Assembly: GCF_018350175.1 (NCBI RefSeq)
Contig: NC_058368.1
Span: 93,002,001 to 93,066,000 of the forward strand
Direction of reading: 5' to 3'
Length of the DNA: 64,000 nt
Origin: Felis catus
Lineage: Eukaryota
Shown here: positions 1-13,500 of the stretch, piece by piece
Numbering within the stretch: position 1 is the first letter of the stretch
How the letters are laid out: every line of letters begins with the position of its first letter
Notes under the pieces: model-generated
The model's input: only the letters and a program-made list of their open reading frames with translations
Database searches by the model: none
Told to the model about the DNA's origin: nothing
Position numbers and translations under genes: made by a program

Positions 1-90
1 AGGTTAGGGCAAGGGATGTCACAGGGACAGATCCAAGGTTTCTGTTCGGAACAACTGAGCCTATGGTGCTAGGAGGGGAAGACACACATT

Positions 91-308
91 TAAAAAAAAT
101 TTTTTTTAAATGCTTATTTATTTTTGAGAGAGAGATAGACAGAGTCGAGCAGGGGAGGGGTAGAGAGAGGGAGGCACAGAATCCGAAGCAGGCTCCAGGC
201 TCTGAGCCATCAGCACAGAGCCCTTTGCAGAGCTCGAACTCACGAACCACGAGATCGTGACCTGGGCCGAAGTCGGACGCTTAACCGACTGAGCCACCCA
301 GGTGCCCT
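91..308 (-). mobile_element. Can-SINE (SINEC_Fc-like)
   Basis: polyT-(GA)n-body-gagccacccaggtgccc; perfect 16-bp TSD ggggaagacacacatt at 75-90 and 309-324. Confidence 0.95.
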
Positions 309-450
309 GGGGAAGACACACATTGAAGGGTAAAGATGCGGAGGCAGGAGTTTGTATTAGCAGAGAACATTTGAAATGCTTCTGATTATACAGGGTTCTG
401 AGGAAAAGTCTGTAGTGGAACTTTAAATGGGTGTGGTCAGCGTAGAGACT

Positions 451-637
451 TTTTTTTTTAGAGAAAGAGGGAGAGAAAGAGCGTGAGCTGGGGAAAGGGA
501 CAGAGAGACAGGGAGAGAGAGAATTCTACGCTGAGAGCGTGGAGCCCAACACGGGGCTTGATCCCAAAACCTGAGGTAATGACCTGAGCCGAAATCCAGA
601 GTCAGATGCTCAACTGACTGAGCCCCCTTGACACCCC
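451..637 (-). mobile_element. Can-SINE (older subfamily)
   Basis: SINE body; TSD agYgtagagactt on both sides. Confidence 0.9.
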
Positions 638-2251
638 AGTGTAGAGACTTTTTAAAGCCATGGGGATTGGTGAAGTCATTGAGCAAGAATAAAGATGAGG
701 AAGTCAAGAGTTGATCAGCATCTGACATCTATAGGTTGTGTGAAGGAGGAACAGAAAAAAAAGAGGTGAGGTAAAGTGTCCCAGACGAACAGATGGCAGT
801 CTTGTAAGGAGGGGCGCGGTGCTATGTATCGGATGCTGTGGAGTCTGTTACAGTGGGGTAGAGAAGTACCTTTTGGATGTGGCAAATTTGAAGGTCATTG
901 CTGACCTTGACGCTCAGTTTCAGCGGAGTGGTAGAGACAAAAGACGACAGACTGCAGTTTCCAGTTTAGCAGAATAAATGGATGCCCCCCCCCACCTTCA
1001 TAGAATCACAGAGCAAACATTGGTTAGTTCCCCTTAAATGCCCTCCTCATTAAATAGTCCCAGTTTCTTTGAATGTTCCTGATCAGACTTACAATGTCTG
1101 TGATCATATTCTTCTGTACTTGCCCTCTGTTGCTGAATTCCCTTTCCAAATAAGAAAGTTAGAAATGTACTCAGCACTTTCAGATGGGATTGTTAACATC
1201 CTTTGTCAAAGATGCCACATGGTACCGACTGTTGTTGGTCTAAAATGGTCATTGCTCACACAAACCTTGCCAAGTAACACTTGTAAAATTGTTCTTGAAC
1301 TGAATGTATGGCTCTATATTTATTGACACTCTTCTGTAGCATCTTGGTTTCAGACCTGTGTTTCAGCCTGTCAGAATCATGTGAATCATAATTCCAGTGT
1401 TTACTTATTTAGGTTCAGAAAATGCTGGCTATAGAGTTGCTCTGTTGGTGAGACCCAAATGTGTGCTCAATTCTGTTCCAGAAACATGGTCAATATTAGT
1501 GGTTCTCCCCCCACACCCGCCCCCGATTTGCACACCTGCCATTGACACATTTAACTCTTCTTCGGGGCTTCTCACTAGCCGGGAGTTTGAAAAATGTACC
1601 CTGGGAACCCGGGCTCAAGGCCACAGCCAGAGCTCGGACATAGGACCTTTTGTGTTGTTAGACATCTGCTCATTCGTGATATTTGGTACAGCCTTAAAAG
1701 TAATAGCAACTCTGTGAACCCTGACTATCAGCCAGCCCACATTTCTCTACAAGAATGTCACCAGGGCTAGCAGATCCCTCACTGAATCCACGTATTCCTT
1801 GGGAACTGCAGATTCATGATCTCCAAGTCTAGTGACAGTTAAGTTGACGCACTTACTATTTTAAACTTTGTAATAATGTAGGCTTCATGACCAAATGCCT
1901 TTCCTCTTAAAAGTTTCTTTTTCCTTTCCAGATTATAAAATTAATACCTCTTCGTATTAGAAAATTGGCAAAACAGAAGCCATAAGAAACAATGTTTGTG
2001 TAGTCTCACCACCTAGAGATAATGATTATTTGTGTTATAATGTATTTATGCAAAGTGGATGGATACGGTATTTGCTTTGTATCTGTATAAAGAAACTTGG
2101 ATTTCTTTTCATGTAATTTTCTATTGATTTCCCCATACCATTAAACATTCTTAATAGATCCAATTTTTTCCCCCATCATATGGCTGTAATCAGTTTAATC
2201 CTTTTCCTTATTTTGGATACTGAAAAAATAGAAAGAACCTATATAAGATCA

Positions 2252-2352
2252 TTTTTTTAAAGGTTTTAGTTTTAAGTCCTCTCTAAACCCAACGTGGGGC
2301 TCGAACTCACAACCCTGAGATCAAGAGTCGACTACACCAGCTGGGCACCCCT
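2252..2352 (-). mobile_element. Short Can-SINE lacking the CT tract
   Basis: cccaacgtggggctcgaactcacaaccctgagatcaagagtc...gggcacccc. Confidence 0.8.
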
Positions 2353-2924
2353 GAAATCATTTTTATAATGGTGAGCATCCCTGATGATTTCTTGGGGAAA
2401 AATTGCCAAGAGAGAAGTTCCTGAGGTCAAGGATATCATTTAAGACAATTGACAGTTTTTCAGATTGTCCTCCCCCAAATTTATATCCTTCCTTTCATTT
2501 TTGAAGCGCTTACAAACCACTGTGTTAAGTAACCAATGAAGTTGTTTTCTGGAGTGTCTCCGTCACATTTAGCGGTTAGTATCTTCAGTACTGTGCTACT
2601 TCGTGAGTCTGGAAATTTGCTTCTCTGTAGTTGGCTGTGTCTTCCTATTTGCCCATGGTCTTGGCTTCTAAATATCAGCTAACCAGGTTTGTAAAAGGGT
2701 ATCCCTGTGTAACAATTAAAGTTGATATAGAAATAGTGTGCGAGCCGGCATTGGAAGATAACTTTGTCCCCAAATGTTCCCAGTCTTTTTTATTGTAGGA
2801 AGCTATAGAAATCCTAATTTCTGAAATTTTTCTCTGCAAACTTTCCTGCTGAGCGGAGCAATCAGACTCTCCTTTGGGTTGTTTACTGTTTTCCTGCAGC
2901 ATGCCTCGTGGCTTTGTGTATTGC

Positions 2925-3110
2925 CTCTGGAGCCATTCTGTCTGGGCTCATACCCAGCTCTGCCACTAATTAGCTGTGTGACCTTGGACAAGTTACTTAC
3001 TCTCTCTGTACTTGAGTTTCCCTGTCTGTAAAAAGAGAAATACAGAGTATGTCTCTCATCGGGTGGTTATGAAGATTACGTGAGTTTATATATACATTAT
3101 GGCACTTAGT
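2925..3110 (+). mobile_element. MIR SINE
   Basis: MIR core gctgtgtgaccttggacaagttactt...gtttccctgtctgtaaaa. Confidence 0.85.
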
Positions 3111-3111
3111 T

Positions 3112-3122
3112 AATATAAAAAA

Positions 3123-3154
<32 letters not shown>

Positions 3155-3225
3155 CACACACACATATACATATACACACACATACATATATATACATATA
3201 TATATGTATATATATGTATATATCT
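3112..3225. repeat. (TA)n/(CA)n compound microsatellite
   Basis: Read directly. Confidence 0.95.
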
Positions 3226-4431
3226 ATGAAGGAATTGGAAGCCCAGCTTCTCTGGGCTTTGGGAAACAGTGATGAATTTTTCTTTGTTTCTTTGTTTGTT
3301 TCTTTCTTTCTCTCTCTCTCTCTCTTTCTTTCTCTCTTTTTCTTTCTTTCGCAAGTCTTATGAGTGGGAGCAGAAAAAAAAAGGTGGGCATTTGGACAGT
3401 GTTCATTAGTTTAACAGTCTAGAGTGTGTGTGTGTGTGTGTTCTTTTTTTTTTTTTTTTTTAAATAAAAGCTTTGATATCTACTGAGGACAGCCAGTATT
3501 TTTTTTTTTTTTTTTTTTGAACCGAGATACTTCACATTCTCCCTTTGGGCATGTTGGCTACCTGAGAAGGTAAGTGCTCATTTTCGCTGTTAGGTTTCAG
3601 GTCTGTAAACGAGTGTGAAAGTACTGTAATGTTATGGCCAACAGTTTTTACCAAAATAGCCATCCCCACCCCTCCCTGCCCCAAAACCTGCCATACATGT
3701 GGCTTCATGCTGGAAGTAAGGCTCTTTGTGAGCTAAGTGTATCCAGGTCATAGCCGATGGCATCTCCTCATCACTAATGAGGACCCTGGTGACTTAAAAG
3801 AGTTAAATGAGGTGCTTTGAAAAGTAAGCAAAGGGAATAATTTGGATAATGGAAAATTCTGGTGTTAAATCCCTACTGAAAGGATAGGGGTAGTAAACAG
3901 CCAAAGACATACGTGTAAAAGACATAATTGACAGCATTTCTGTGGGCATTCATCGTAGGGCTACAGGATATGTAAATCAAAAGTACTTTTTCTTTCCTTC
4001 CCTGGATTTGTCTCTGGCAAGAGTTTTGTTTAGTACGTCACAGTGCTTGGAGAACAGTGGTCTGAAGGAATGGAGAATTTTTGTGCGTAAATATGACAAG
4101 TAACATCTCTCAAAGTATTCTTGGTACACTGATTGGATTGACTTTTTCTCAGGGAGCTTGTGTCTTCTCTTCTGTTTCATGTCAAATAATCATTAGTTGA
4201 GTCTGTTTGATGCCAGTCTCTCTTTTTGAATGATGTGTTGTTGATGGGTGAGTTTTTGGACTTTGCTTTTTGAATCTGTAAAACATGTTAGGATTCAGAC
4301 ATCATAAACATTGAACCGAACTATTGTAGACAGGTTTTAACAGTCGGTATCTACAGGACTAATTTGTCCTTTGCTTTCTTGAGTATTTGGAGCATATTGG
4401 CCCAATAATGCATTTAGCCATAGTGGTTTCT

Positions 4432-4650
4432 ATTTTTAATTTTTTTATGTTTCTTTATTTGTTTTGAGAGAGACAGAGACAGTGTGAGCAGGGAAGGGAC
4501 AGACAGAGAGGGAGAGAGAGAATCCCAAGCAGGTTCTGTGCTGCCAGTGCAGAGCCAGATGTGGGTCTAGAACTCATGGAACTGTGGGATCATGACCCTA
4601 GCTGAAACCAAGAGTCGGATGCTCAGCCGACTGAGCCTCCCAGGTACCCT
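4432..4650 (-). mobile_element. Can-SINE
   Basis: SINE body; TSD ccatagtRgttt. Confidence 0.9.
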
Positions 4651-5682
4651 ATCCATAGTAGTTTTACTCAGTAGGTGTTAAGAAGGAGTTGTTTCCAAGT
4701 CATCTGACTACTGAGATTTGGTTATGTAGCTTTTATTGTGTTGTCACTGAGGTAGTCTTCTTTCTTTCTGGAAGCTTCCAAGGAAATTCTATGTAATAGT
4801 TGTATATTAGTTTTGACACAAACATACTGAATTTTGGGGAGGAAGTAAAAGACACTTACCATGGTTTTGACCTTGGATCATGGTTTTCTGAGAATAGAGT
4901 CTACTGTCATGAGTGTTTAAAAAAACACATGGGTACTAATTCTTACAGTGCTAAACTTTTTGCTAGGTGGCTAAAGGAAATTGTGTCTTAGTATTGGATT
5001 TATTCTTAAGATTATGTGTTATTTAAAATATTGAAAAATAATAATTAGGCTGAATGTTTATTGAGGCTGCATGCATATAATGTGACATAGAAGTGATGGC
5101 CATGGAGTTTATAATAGTCACCTCATGCTTTTCAAAGGCACATCTTGTACTTCTAGGCATATACCCAAGCAAAGCTTTTGACTGAAAACTTTGTGTGGAT
5201 TTAGCTATGAAATTTTAAGGCTATAAGTTTTGGCTTTTAGAAACTCACCATTGGTCAATTTTCATATTGGTAAATCTTCCCATACTCGGGAAAAAAGTTG
5301 TTATATCAAAGAGCATGGATTGCTGTCTGTCTTGAAGTGAGAATGGCTTAAGATGTATTTATGTAGTTAAGTACGCTGTTAGTTGAAAGCTTTAGCTCAC
5401 TGCTTAAACCTGTGGCTGATGTTGCAAACTTTGATGCTGTTGAAAAATACTTTGAATAGAATCTCTACTGCTTTCTCATTAGAATTTCAGTCCAGAACCT
5501 CACTATTTGTTCACATTTACCAATATCAAAAAGGATACTTCATGAAAGTGCCCTTGGCCAGACTTCCAAAAATTAAGCAGTAGTGATACAAAGCGAAATC
5601 TCTAATATGCTTTTTTGGGGGGTTGGGGGGAAGCCATAGCATTTGCATTTAGGGATGAAAACTATTTTTAAAAAATTTCCTT

Positions 5683-5900
5683 GGGGCATGTAGGTGGCTC
5701 AGTCAGTTGAGCATCCAACTGTTGGTTTCGGCTCACTTCATCATCTCAGGGTTCGTGGGTTCAAGCCCCACATCTGGCTTTGGGCTGGCAATGCAGAGCC
5801 TGCTTGGGATTCTCTCTCTCTCTCTCCCTCTTCCTCTCCCTCTGTCCCTCCCTAGCTTGTGCTATCTCTGTCTCTCTCAAAATAAATAAATAAAACTTAA
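5683..5900 (+). mobile_element. Can-SINE
   Basis: ggggcatgtaggtggctcagtcag head, (CT)n, aataaa tail. Confidence 0.9.
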
Positions 5901-7605
5901 AAACAATTTTCTTGATTTGGAACTCACTGATTGGCTCTAGTAGAGTTCTTATATCACTTCAGAAAGATTGTACCTCCTGTATTTTTTGTTTTCTTCAGCA
6001 TATCTATTTTACACAATCTCTTTCATCTCCTGTGACAACCACACCTATCTTTTCAGTTGTTGCACTCCGGCTGTGTTCTGCTTCACATCTCGGATGTGTC
6101 CCCTGGGTGTCCCTTGTGTTGGGGGGTGAGGATCCAGCCCGCTCACTGTCATGTTCACGGGCTTGCTTAGTCTGGTACCTTGTACACACAGATTGCTTCC
6201 CTGGCAGCTATTTTAAACTGATGTATCCAAGTCCTTTTCATGGCGGCATTATGTACCTGGCCACAGGGGGAAAGCAGATGTGCGTGTAGGACTTAGTCCC
6301 TCAAGCCTGTGTCAGAACATCCCAGGTGGGGACCGCACAGCACTGTCAGTGGCAAACATTTATCCTGCTGCAAAAAGGTCTTCTCGGCACCATCGGACAG
6401 GAGCACACATGGCCACAGGGAGATGCTCCCTGTGATGGAGGGTGGGTTGAAGGCTCATTTTCAAGACCTGAATTAGGACGCATTGCCACATGGGAACACA
6501 TTCCACAATTGCAAAGGAAGAGAGTCATCGGGGAGGCTGGTGGGGTGGAGGTGCTGAGCTCAGGCACCCCTGTGATGCTTGCTCTCGCTGCATTCCCAGG
6601 CTGCATGTGAACTTTGGTTCATTTGCTCTCAGATCCTTTCTCCACTCTTGGTGTAGTGATGACGTGTACATTGTCAGTGGGGTCAGAGCAGTTCATGCTC
6701 TTTTTACCCGTTTTTATTCTTCTTAACCACACTGGAGGGCATTCCACAGAAGGGCTACAGTCTCTTCCTCCTTCCCAAGAAGAAGAGCAGGGTGTTAAAA
6801 TCATCTCATTGACTTTGTTTCAGTTTTTCCTGTTGGGTCTTTTCTGCTGAGAAGCAGCCTTCCCTCCCCAGCAGTCTCTGAGGCCCCAGCTGGATGTGTT
6901 TACATTATCCATTCCTCTCAGCTCCCCTAGCCTTGTTACCATGTGGGAATATTCTGGGGGAACACACGCTGCGTTTTGAGATTTCCAGGCACGGCAGGAT
7001 TCCCTAACCAACTCTGATCCTAAGGGACAGAGTTGCGGACACAGGCTGATCTCTGATACCCTTGGGGGCTTGACTGCTGTGGGAGGCATGACATAGAGAC
7101 ATCCTTAATATATAGGCTTACAAACATGAACATTTTCTGGTCATAGTGGGATGGGACCTTCTCTGGCAGTTGTATTTGCGTTGCCTGTGAAAACGTTGTG
7201 AAAAGTAGAAGAGCTGTTGCCTGTAGGGGAAGATGCTATTTGGTGGGGCCTATCGCTGTCCAGCGGGGTTTGGTTATGATGCAAAGATGCGCCCCCCAGA
7301 GGATAGGAGAGGAAGAGCTGTTGGCGGACACCTGTCTAAACAGCCGCAGGTACTGCTGGGAAGCAGCCCACTGAGCCTTTAAGAACCCTGCCTCTGCATC
7401 CAAACAGATTGGAATCAGAACTTGGCCTCACCCTGCATGGCCATGAAAAGAAAAAGGGACCCCTCTCAGCCTTAGTTTCTGTGTCTATAAAATGGACATA
7501 TAATTACACCCCTCTCATTAGGTTGTTTTGAGAATTTAGTAAGACAGTGTTTATGAAGAACCTAAGCGTGACACCAACACATTGTAAATGGCCATTCGGT
7601 GAACG

Positions 7606-7730
7606 TTCCTGGGTGATGGCTCAGTCAGTTGAGCGTCTGACTCTAGATTTCAGCTCAGGGCATGAACCCAGAGTTGTGGGATTGAGCCCTGTTTCAGGCT
7701 CCAGCATGGAGCCTACTTGGGATTTTTGGG

Positions 7731-7768
<38 letters not shown>

Positions 7769-7862
7769 CCCCACCCCGCCGCCCCTCTGCCCCTCACCCC
7801 TGCTTTTGCAATCTTTCTCAAATAAAAGAAAGAAGAAAGAATGAAAGAAAGAAAGAAGGAAA
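7606..7862 (+). mobile_element. Can-SINE adjacent to a MIR remnant (about 7400-7600)
   Basis: Diverged head cctgggtgatggctcagtcag, (CT)n, A-rich tail. Confidence 0.8.
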
Positions 7863-8010
7863 AATACAAAGCCATAGCAGGGGAGCAGGATCTAGAGTCT
7901 AGGTGGATCTCACAGTGGAGATGGAGAAAGGCAATAATATATTTCAAGGCAGCCGAACCTCGTTCTGGTAAGGGAGAATGTGGGCAGAGAAGGCAAATAC
8001 TTGATTAGGA

Positions 8011-8245
8011 CAAGGGCTTGACAAACAATAGCCCATGGGCCAAAGATGGCCTCCTGGGCAATTCCAGCCTGGCTGCTTTTATCAACAAAGTTTTATTGGA
8101 ACACAGCCATGCCCATTTGTTTACAAATTGGATACGGCGGTTTTTGGGAAACCAGCAGAGTTGAGTAGTTGCACCAGAGACCGTATGACCTGCAAAGTCA
8201 AAAAATGGTTACTCTGGTCTTTTACAGAAAGTTTGCCAACCCTTG
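8011..8245 (+). mobile_element. MER58A-like hAT-Charlie non-autonomous DNA transposon
   Basis: TIRs caagggcttgacaaac / gtttgccaacccttg; internal aaagttttattggaacacagcc...gagttgagtagttgc. Confidence 0.85.
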
Positions 8246-9289
8246 AGTTGGAGAACGGGATGGTCCACAAAGCAGGAGGCTGTATGCGCCGAAGCGTTTC
8301 TTCTGCCTTTACATCACAAGCTTTTTTAGCTTTTAGCAAAGCTTTTAGCAAAGTTTGGCTCTGATTTTAGGCTTATTATTCAGGTAGACCTGCTCGCCAC
8401 CGGGGAAGGTCTTCTGCTGTGACTCAAGACATCAGGCTCCCTGTAGGATTGTGCACTAGTGGGATCGAGGTGAAATGGTGTGTTGGAATTAGAATTCCGT
8501 CCTCCATGTGAGGACAGTGTCTGCAGTAGGAACGAATGACGTCTGCTGGGAGTCTAAGCAGGGCCCTCAGGGTCTTTCCTGGACAAGGCCAGTAAGGAGG
8601 GGATGCTCCCGTCTGCACCCTGGTGCCCCATAACAGAGTCTCCGGACAGCTGGGCTGGGGGTGGTTTCAGGCTCCTGACTCCTCCGGTGTGGCTGGCCTC
8701 CGGCAAGGAAGGGAAGCTCATTGGTTTGCTCTTTTGAAGCAAGTGTTTTGTGGCTGACTGTTCTCCAACTCCCTATTTTACCATAAAGAATCACCCAGCA
8801 AGTTGGGATGCAGTACAGAGTGTTGGTTTTTCTCTTTAGGTCTGTCTTTCTGGGAATTTTCTTGAGGCCTGGAGTGTGGAATCGATTGATTTGCTTATTT
8901 CCCTTCCCCCATGCTTAAAGTTCTATTTCCTGTAGATAATCTCCCCCCTCAGCTGCATGCTGGACCCCTCCCCTGGGAATCCTACAGGCCTTTCCCATTC
9001 CCGCAGGCCTCCTCCTCCTTGTCTCCCTCCCTGTGCTTTCCCAGCAAAGGACTCCCCTGGCCTCCTAGGGCTCTAGGGACGGGCCTGGCTCTTTACTCCC
9101 CACCCCTTCCCACACCCCCCACACCTCCTCGCTATCCATTGGAATCCCAGGATCCTAAAGATGTTTCCTGCTTAGTGCCTTTTGTATTACCACCTCTGCT
9201 GTCTGATAACTTTCTTAAATGCCTTAGTTCTGTGTTTCCTGAAATTCAACTTTTCCCCAGTTCTCCTACAATCTCTACTATATCTACAT

Positions 9290-9629
9290 TTAATTACTAT
9301 TTTATATTTTATTATTTATATTATATACTATGTTTTATATTATGTTGTGGTACTATAACATGCATTGTGTTAACATATAATATATAATTACATATATGTA
9401 TATAACATGTATTTGCTTATAAAATATATATATTACACTGCAATGATATATTTGTATATATAATAGCACAATATAGTACAATATACATTGTATATAGTAC
9501 AATGTATATTATTAACCTTCTAAGTAAAATATAATACAATAATTATAAATTATGCATTATAATATACAATATATTTGAACATTTATATAAATATGATTTC
9601 TGTAAAATACATTAAAATAATAAATAGTA
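9290..9629. repeat. AT-rich low-complexity tract
   Basis: Degenerate (TA/TATAA)n. Confidence 0.85.
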
Positions 9630-9841
9630 TTTTTTTTTCAACGTTTATTTATTTTTGGGACAGAGAGAGACAGAGCATGAACGAGGGAGGGGCAGAGAGA
9701 GAGGGAGACGCAGAATCAGAAACAGGCTCCAGGCTCCGAGCCATCAGCCCAGAGCCTGACGCGGGGCTCGAACTCACGGACCGCGAGATCGTGACCTGGC
9801 TGAAGTCGGACGCTTAACCGACTGCGCCACCCAGGCGCCCC
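9630..9841 (-). mobile_element. Young SINEC_Fc
   Basis: CpG-intact body (gacgcggggctcgaactcacggaccgcgagatcgtgacc...ctgcgccacccaggcgcccc). Confidence 0.95.
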
Positions 9842-9871
9842 AGTTTTTTTCTTTAAATCAATTCCCTTCTT

Positions 9872-10078
9872 GGGGCACCTGGGTGGCTCAGTCCGTGGAG
9901 CGTCCGACTTTGGCTCAGGTCATGATCTCACAGTTCATGAGTTTGAGCCCCACCTTGGGCTCTATGCTGTCATTGTAGAGCCTGCTTCAGATCTTCTGTT
10001 CCACTTTCTTTCTGCCCTGCCCCTGCTCATTCTCTCTCTCTGTCTCTCTTTCAAAAATAAACAAACATTAAGAAAGTT
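9872..10078 (+). mobile_element. Can-SINE, head-to-head with the previous element
   Basis: ggggcacctgggtggctcag head; TSD aaatcaRttccYttct. Confidence 0.92.
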
Positions 10079-10277
10079 TAAATCAGTTCCTTTCTTTTAC
10101 CTTCATCTTAAGTAATAATATCCATGAAATTACGGATTGTAGTATAATATTGCATATGTGCTCTAATATACAATACATTAAAACTGTAGACTGACAATAT
10201 AAGCCTAGAATCATCTCAGATGAACACATAATGCCCCTTTAGGGAATTTCTACCTTGGTTTTCATCCTTATTATTAT

Positions 10278-11046
10278 TATTTTTTAAATGTTTATTTTTG
10301 AGAGAGAGACAGAGAGAATGGGGGAGGGACAGAGAAAGAGGGAGAGAGAATCCCAAGCAGGTGCTGTCAGCACAGAGCCTGGTGGAGGGCTGGATCTCAG
10401 GAACTCATGACCTAAGTGAGCCACCCAGGTGCCCCCCAAATGGAAGGTTTTTTAAAGGTAGAGAGGAGGTGGAAGGAAGGAGGAAGGAAGGACGAAGGAA
10501 AGAAGGAAGGAAAGAAGGAAGGAAGTTGGAAGGGAGGGAGGAAGGAAGGGAGGAAGGAAGGAAGGAAGGAAGAAGGAAGGACTGAGGAAAGAAGGAAGGG
10601 AGGAAGGAAGGAAGAAGGAAGGAACTATTTAGCCAGGAATGCATTGCTTTAGGCAAGGTCTCCCTCCTAAGGGGATTGGAAGGGGTCTATCAAGGGATTA
10701 TCTCTTAATGTTACCCAGGAAATTCCAGTTTGGCTGGCTGAAGCATGGTGGGGGTGGTGTTGAAACTGCAGTTAGGTTAGGTAGGAAGTCTTGGTTTGCT
10801 GACATGGGCCTTAACACAGGTGATACCATTTAAAAAAAAATGTTTTTAATGTTTATTTTTGAGGGAGAGAGAGACTGAGCGCAAGCGGGGGAGGGGCAAA
10901 GAGAGAGGGAGACACAGAATCCGAAGCAGGCTCCAGGCTCTGAGCTGTCAGCACAGATCCCAATGTGGGGCTCGAACTCATGAACCATGAGATCCTGACC
11001 TGAGCCGAAGTTGGACGCTTAACCGACTGAGCCACCCAGGTGCCCC
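10278..11046 (-). mobile_element. Two antisense Can-SINEs (10278-10436, 10831-11046) flanking a GGAA tract
   Basis: SINE bodies; the second has TSD gtgataccattt. Confidence 0.9.
10460..10624. repeat. (GGAA)n-like polypurine tract
   Basis: Read directly. Confidence 0.95.
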
Positions 11047-13296
11047 TAAGTGATACCATTTTGGGCCCAAGTTTTCTTTGTAACTGTTCATACACCTTAC
11101 TGTGTTCTCCATGACAGTAAACCGGAATAGTCACCTAACCAGTCCCTGTATCTTCATCTTTGAAGTGGGGACAGCCCTAGCTACTTCTGTTTCTGAGTCC
11201 CCTGAAGGATAATTGACCATGTGTGCAAAATAAACCGTCTTGGAGGACGGTAGGACCATTGAATCCTAACAGTAGTTTAATAAACACGCCTTATCTTAGC
11301 ATAAGCTGTTTCTACTCAGTTGTATTTTTCTGTCAACATTTCTATACCACTAAAATAATTTAGCTTTCACTGTTTGTAATTCAGCTTGACTGTGACTTAA
11401 AAACTAGATGTTAAAGTGAGTAAAAGTATAGTTAGATCTGTTGAGCCAGTCAGGGACCTTGGGGACAAGCCCCTGTGTGCCTGGGGACAACTCCCTGCTG
11501 GCTGGTGTCACTTTCTTTGCAGAGGGGAGGGCAGACCCAAGGAAGAGTCTGTAAACTTAGACCCATTCAAACTGGTCTAGGAGGATCTGACCTTCCACTG
11601 GCTTTCCCCCCTCATTTTCATGCTAAAAAACATGTCCAGAGGTGAGACTTAACGTGGTCCTGAAACCTAGGAGGGAGGAAGGCCCTTGGGCTGCCCACTT
11701 TCCTGCAATTCCCCATGCCCGTACACTTAGCCATCATTCAGTTTCCGCCTCAGCCCCTTTGGAATGTTCCCTGGCCATCATTGGGGAGCCGGTCTAACAC
11801 CCTGATCTGGACTATGTCTCCCTTCAGCTGCACCCGTTGCCTTAATCACGCTTTGCTTGTGTCTTTAAATTTTGGGTGCCGCCTCATTTCTACAGTTGTT
11901 GGGTCCAAGGACCCAGTGCAGTTACAGCACCCTTGGTTGAAGATGTAGCTGTGCATTTGTTTCTATTCTTTGTACCTCTATCAAAAGAGGCACATTTTGT
12001 AGATATGGCTGAAAGAATGTGAAAATGAATCTATCGATTTACGGCAGTGCTCTGCTTACGAAGCCCTGAGCATTTTAGGAGTGGGTTGGGAGTCAGGAGG
12101 CTCTAATAGGTGATAGGGTAGTTTCCAATACTTGTGTTTGACAGCAGAGCCCCTCTCTTCGAGTCTCTCTGCTCTCACTACGATGGTCCTTCCTGATCCT
12201 CACAAAATACCCTGGGACTTTTTCAGGTCATCTCAAACACCCTCTTCTCTGGGAAGCCTCCTCTGATTATTTCAGACACTCTAGTCTCTTCCTTTCCTGA
12301 GTCACGTTTGCATTTACGGTCATTTTGTCTGTATAATTGAGTGTCGAAGCCTCCTTGAGTTGTTTTCTCTGCCTGTGCCGGGCCTCTCAAGGGTATTTCC
12401 GTATTGTTTTGCCCCCAGGCTGCATCACAGGCTGTGCTGTTGTATGCATGCTACGTTCTATTGTTCTTCTGGAATGGAACCAAGGTATGAGCCAGGCAGG
12501 ACCTAGTCCTGTCCATGTTTTCTTCCTGATGGTGCCAGGATGGTGCTGGGCAAAGGGAGGAAGTAGGGATAATGCCAACACAAAATGAACACACCTTTTC
12601 AGAGCCCAAGTTAAGACAGGTGCTCTGGATACACAACCGTCATAAAGAAAGAGAGCGTTGGGGCAAAGGAACATTTGGTGTAGGCTTGTATACATTTTTT
12701 TACATAAAAAGTTACACATCGTTAGACAAAGGACATTTCAGAAAGTTGCAGACCTCCTAAGTCCCTAGTGTATGCAGGGCTGTGTATGACTTTAATCTTA
12801 AGGAAACAAGGGCAGTTTCTTCCGTTTTCTTATCTTTCGTGTTCAGATCGCTCCTTTTTGGTTATTATTTTAATGAAGCAGATGTACAGTGAATGTGTGC
12901 TCGGGACAGAAACAGAGCCCATGCTTTGAGGTATCGCTGAGTCATTTTTGACCTTGGTAAATGTTTAAGTACAGCTTTCCCTGGGAGCCCAGGAGCAGGG
13001 CCCACAGATGTGAAAAGCTGAAAATCTCTTTTATCGATAGTGATCTGTTGATTGCACAGATGCTTCTTTAACCTGGGATAATACGAGAATGTTCATGGGT
13101 CTGGAGCATTGTCCTTGCAAGAGAATACAGACTATCGTCCTCTTACTAGGTGAGCCCTGAAGTTGATGTTCTCTTGTGTATATAACTTTTCCCATGTTTT
13201 AGTCATGATTTGGCACGAGCCTTTGGAAATGGTTTGGACAGTGGAATGGCATGGAAGGCCATGGAATATGTTTTCCTTTATTAAAAACCTACTCTA

Positions 13297-13500
13297 GAGG
13301 TGCCTGGGTGGCTCAGTCGGTTGAGCATCGGACTTCAGCTCAGGTCATGATCTCATGGTTCCTGAGCTCAAGCCCCGAACTAGGCTCTGTGCTGACAGCT
13401 CGGAGCCTGCTTCAGATTCTGTGTCTCCCTTTCTCCCAGCTCATTCTCTCTGTCTCTGTCTCTCTCTCAAAAATAAATAAACGCTAAAAAAAATTTAAAA
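13297..13500 (+). mobile_element. Can-SINE
   Basis: Head, CT tract and A tail. Confidence 0.92.

Larger units (their letters stand above)
1..960 (-). mobile_element. Old L2 LINE remnant interrupted by two SINEs
   Basis: L2-like motifs such as ggatgtggcaaatttgaaggtcattgctgaccttga...gtttcagcggagtggt. Confidence 0.55.

Noticed and set aside
8911..9387. 158-aa ORF
   Set aside because: C-rich then AT-rich low-complexity sequence with no recognisable homology
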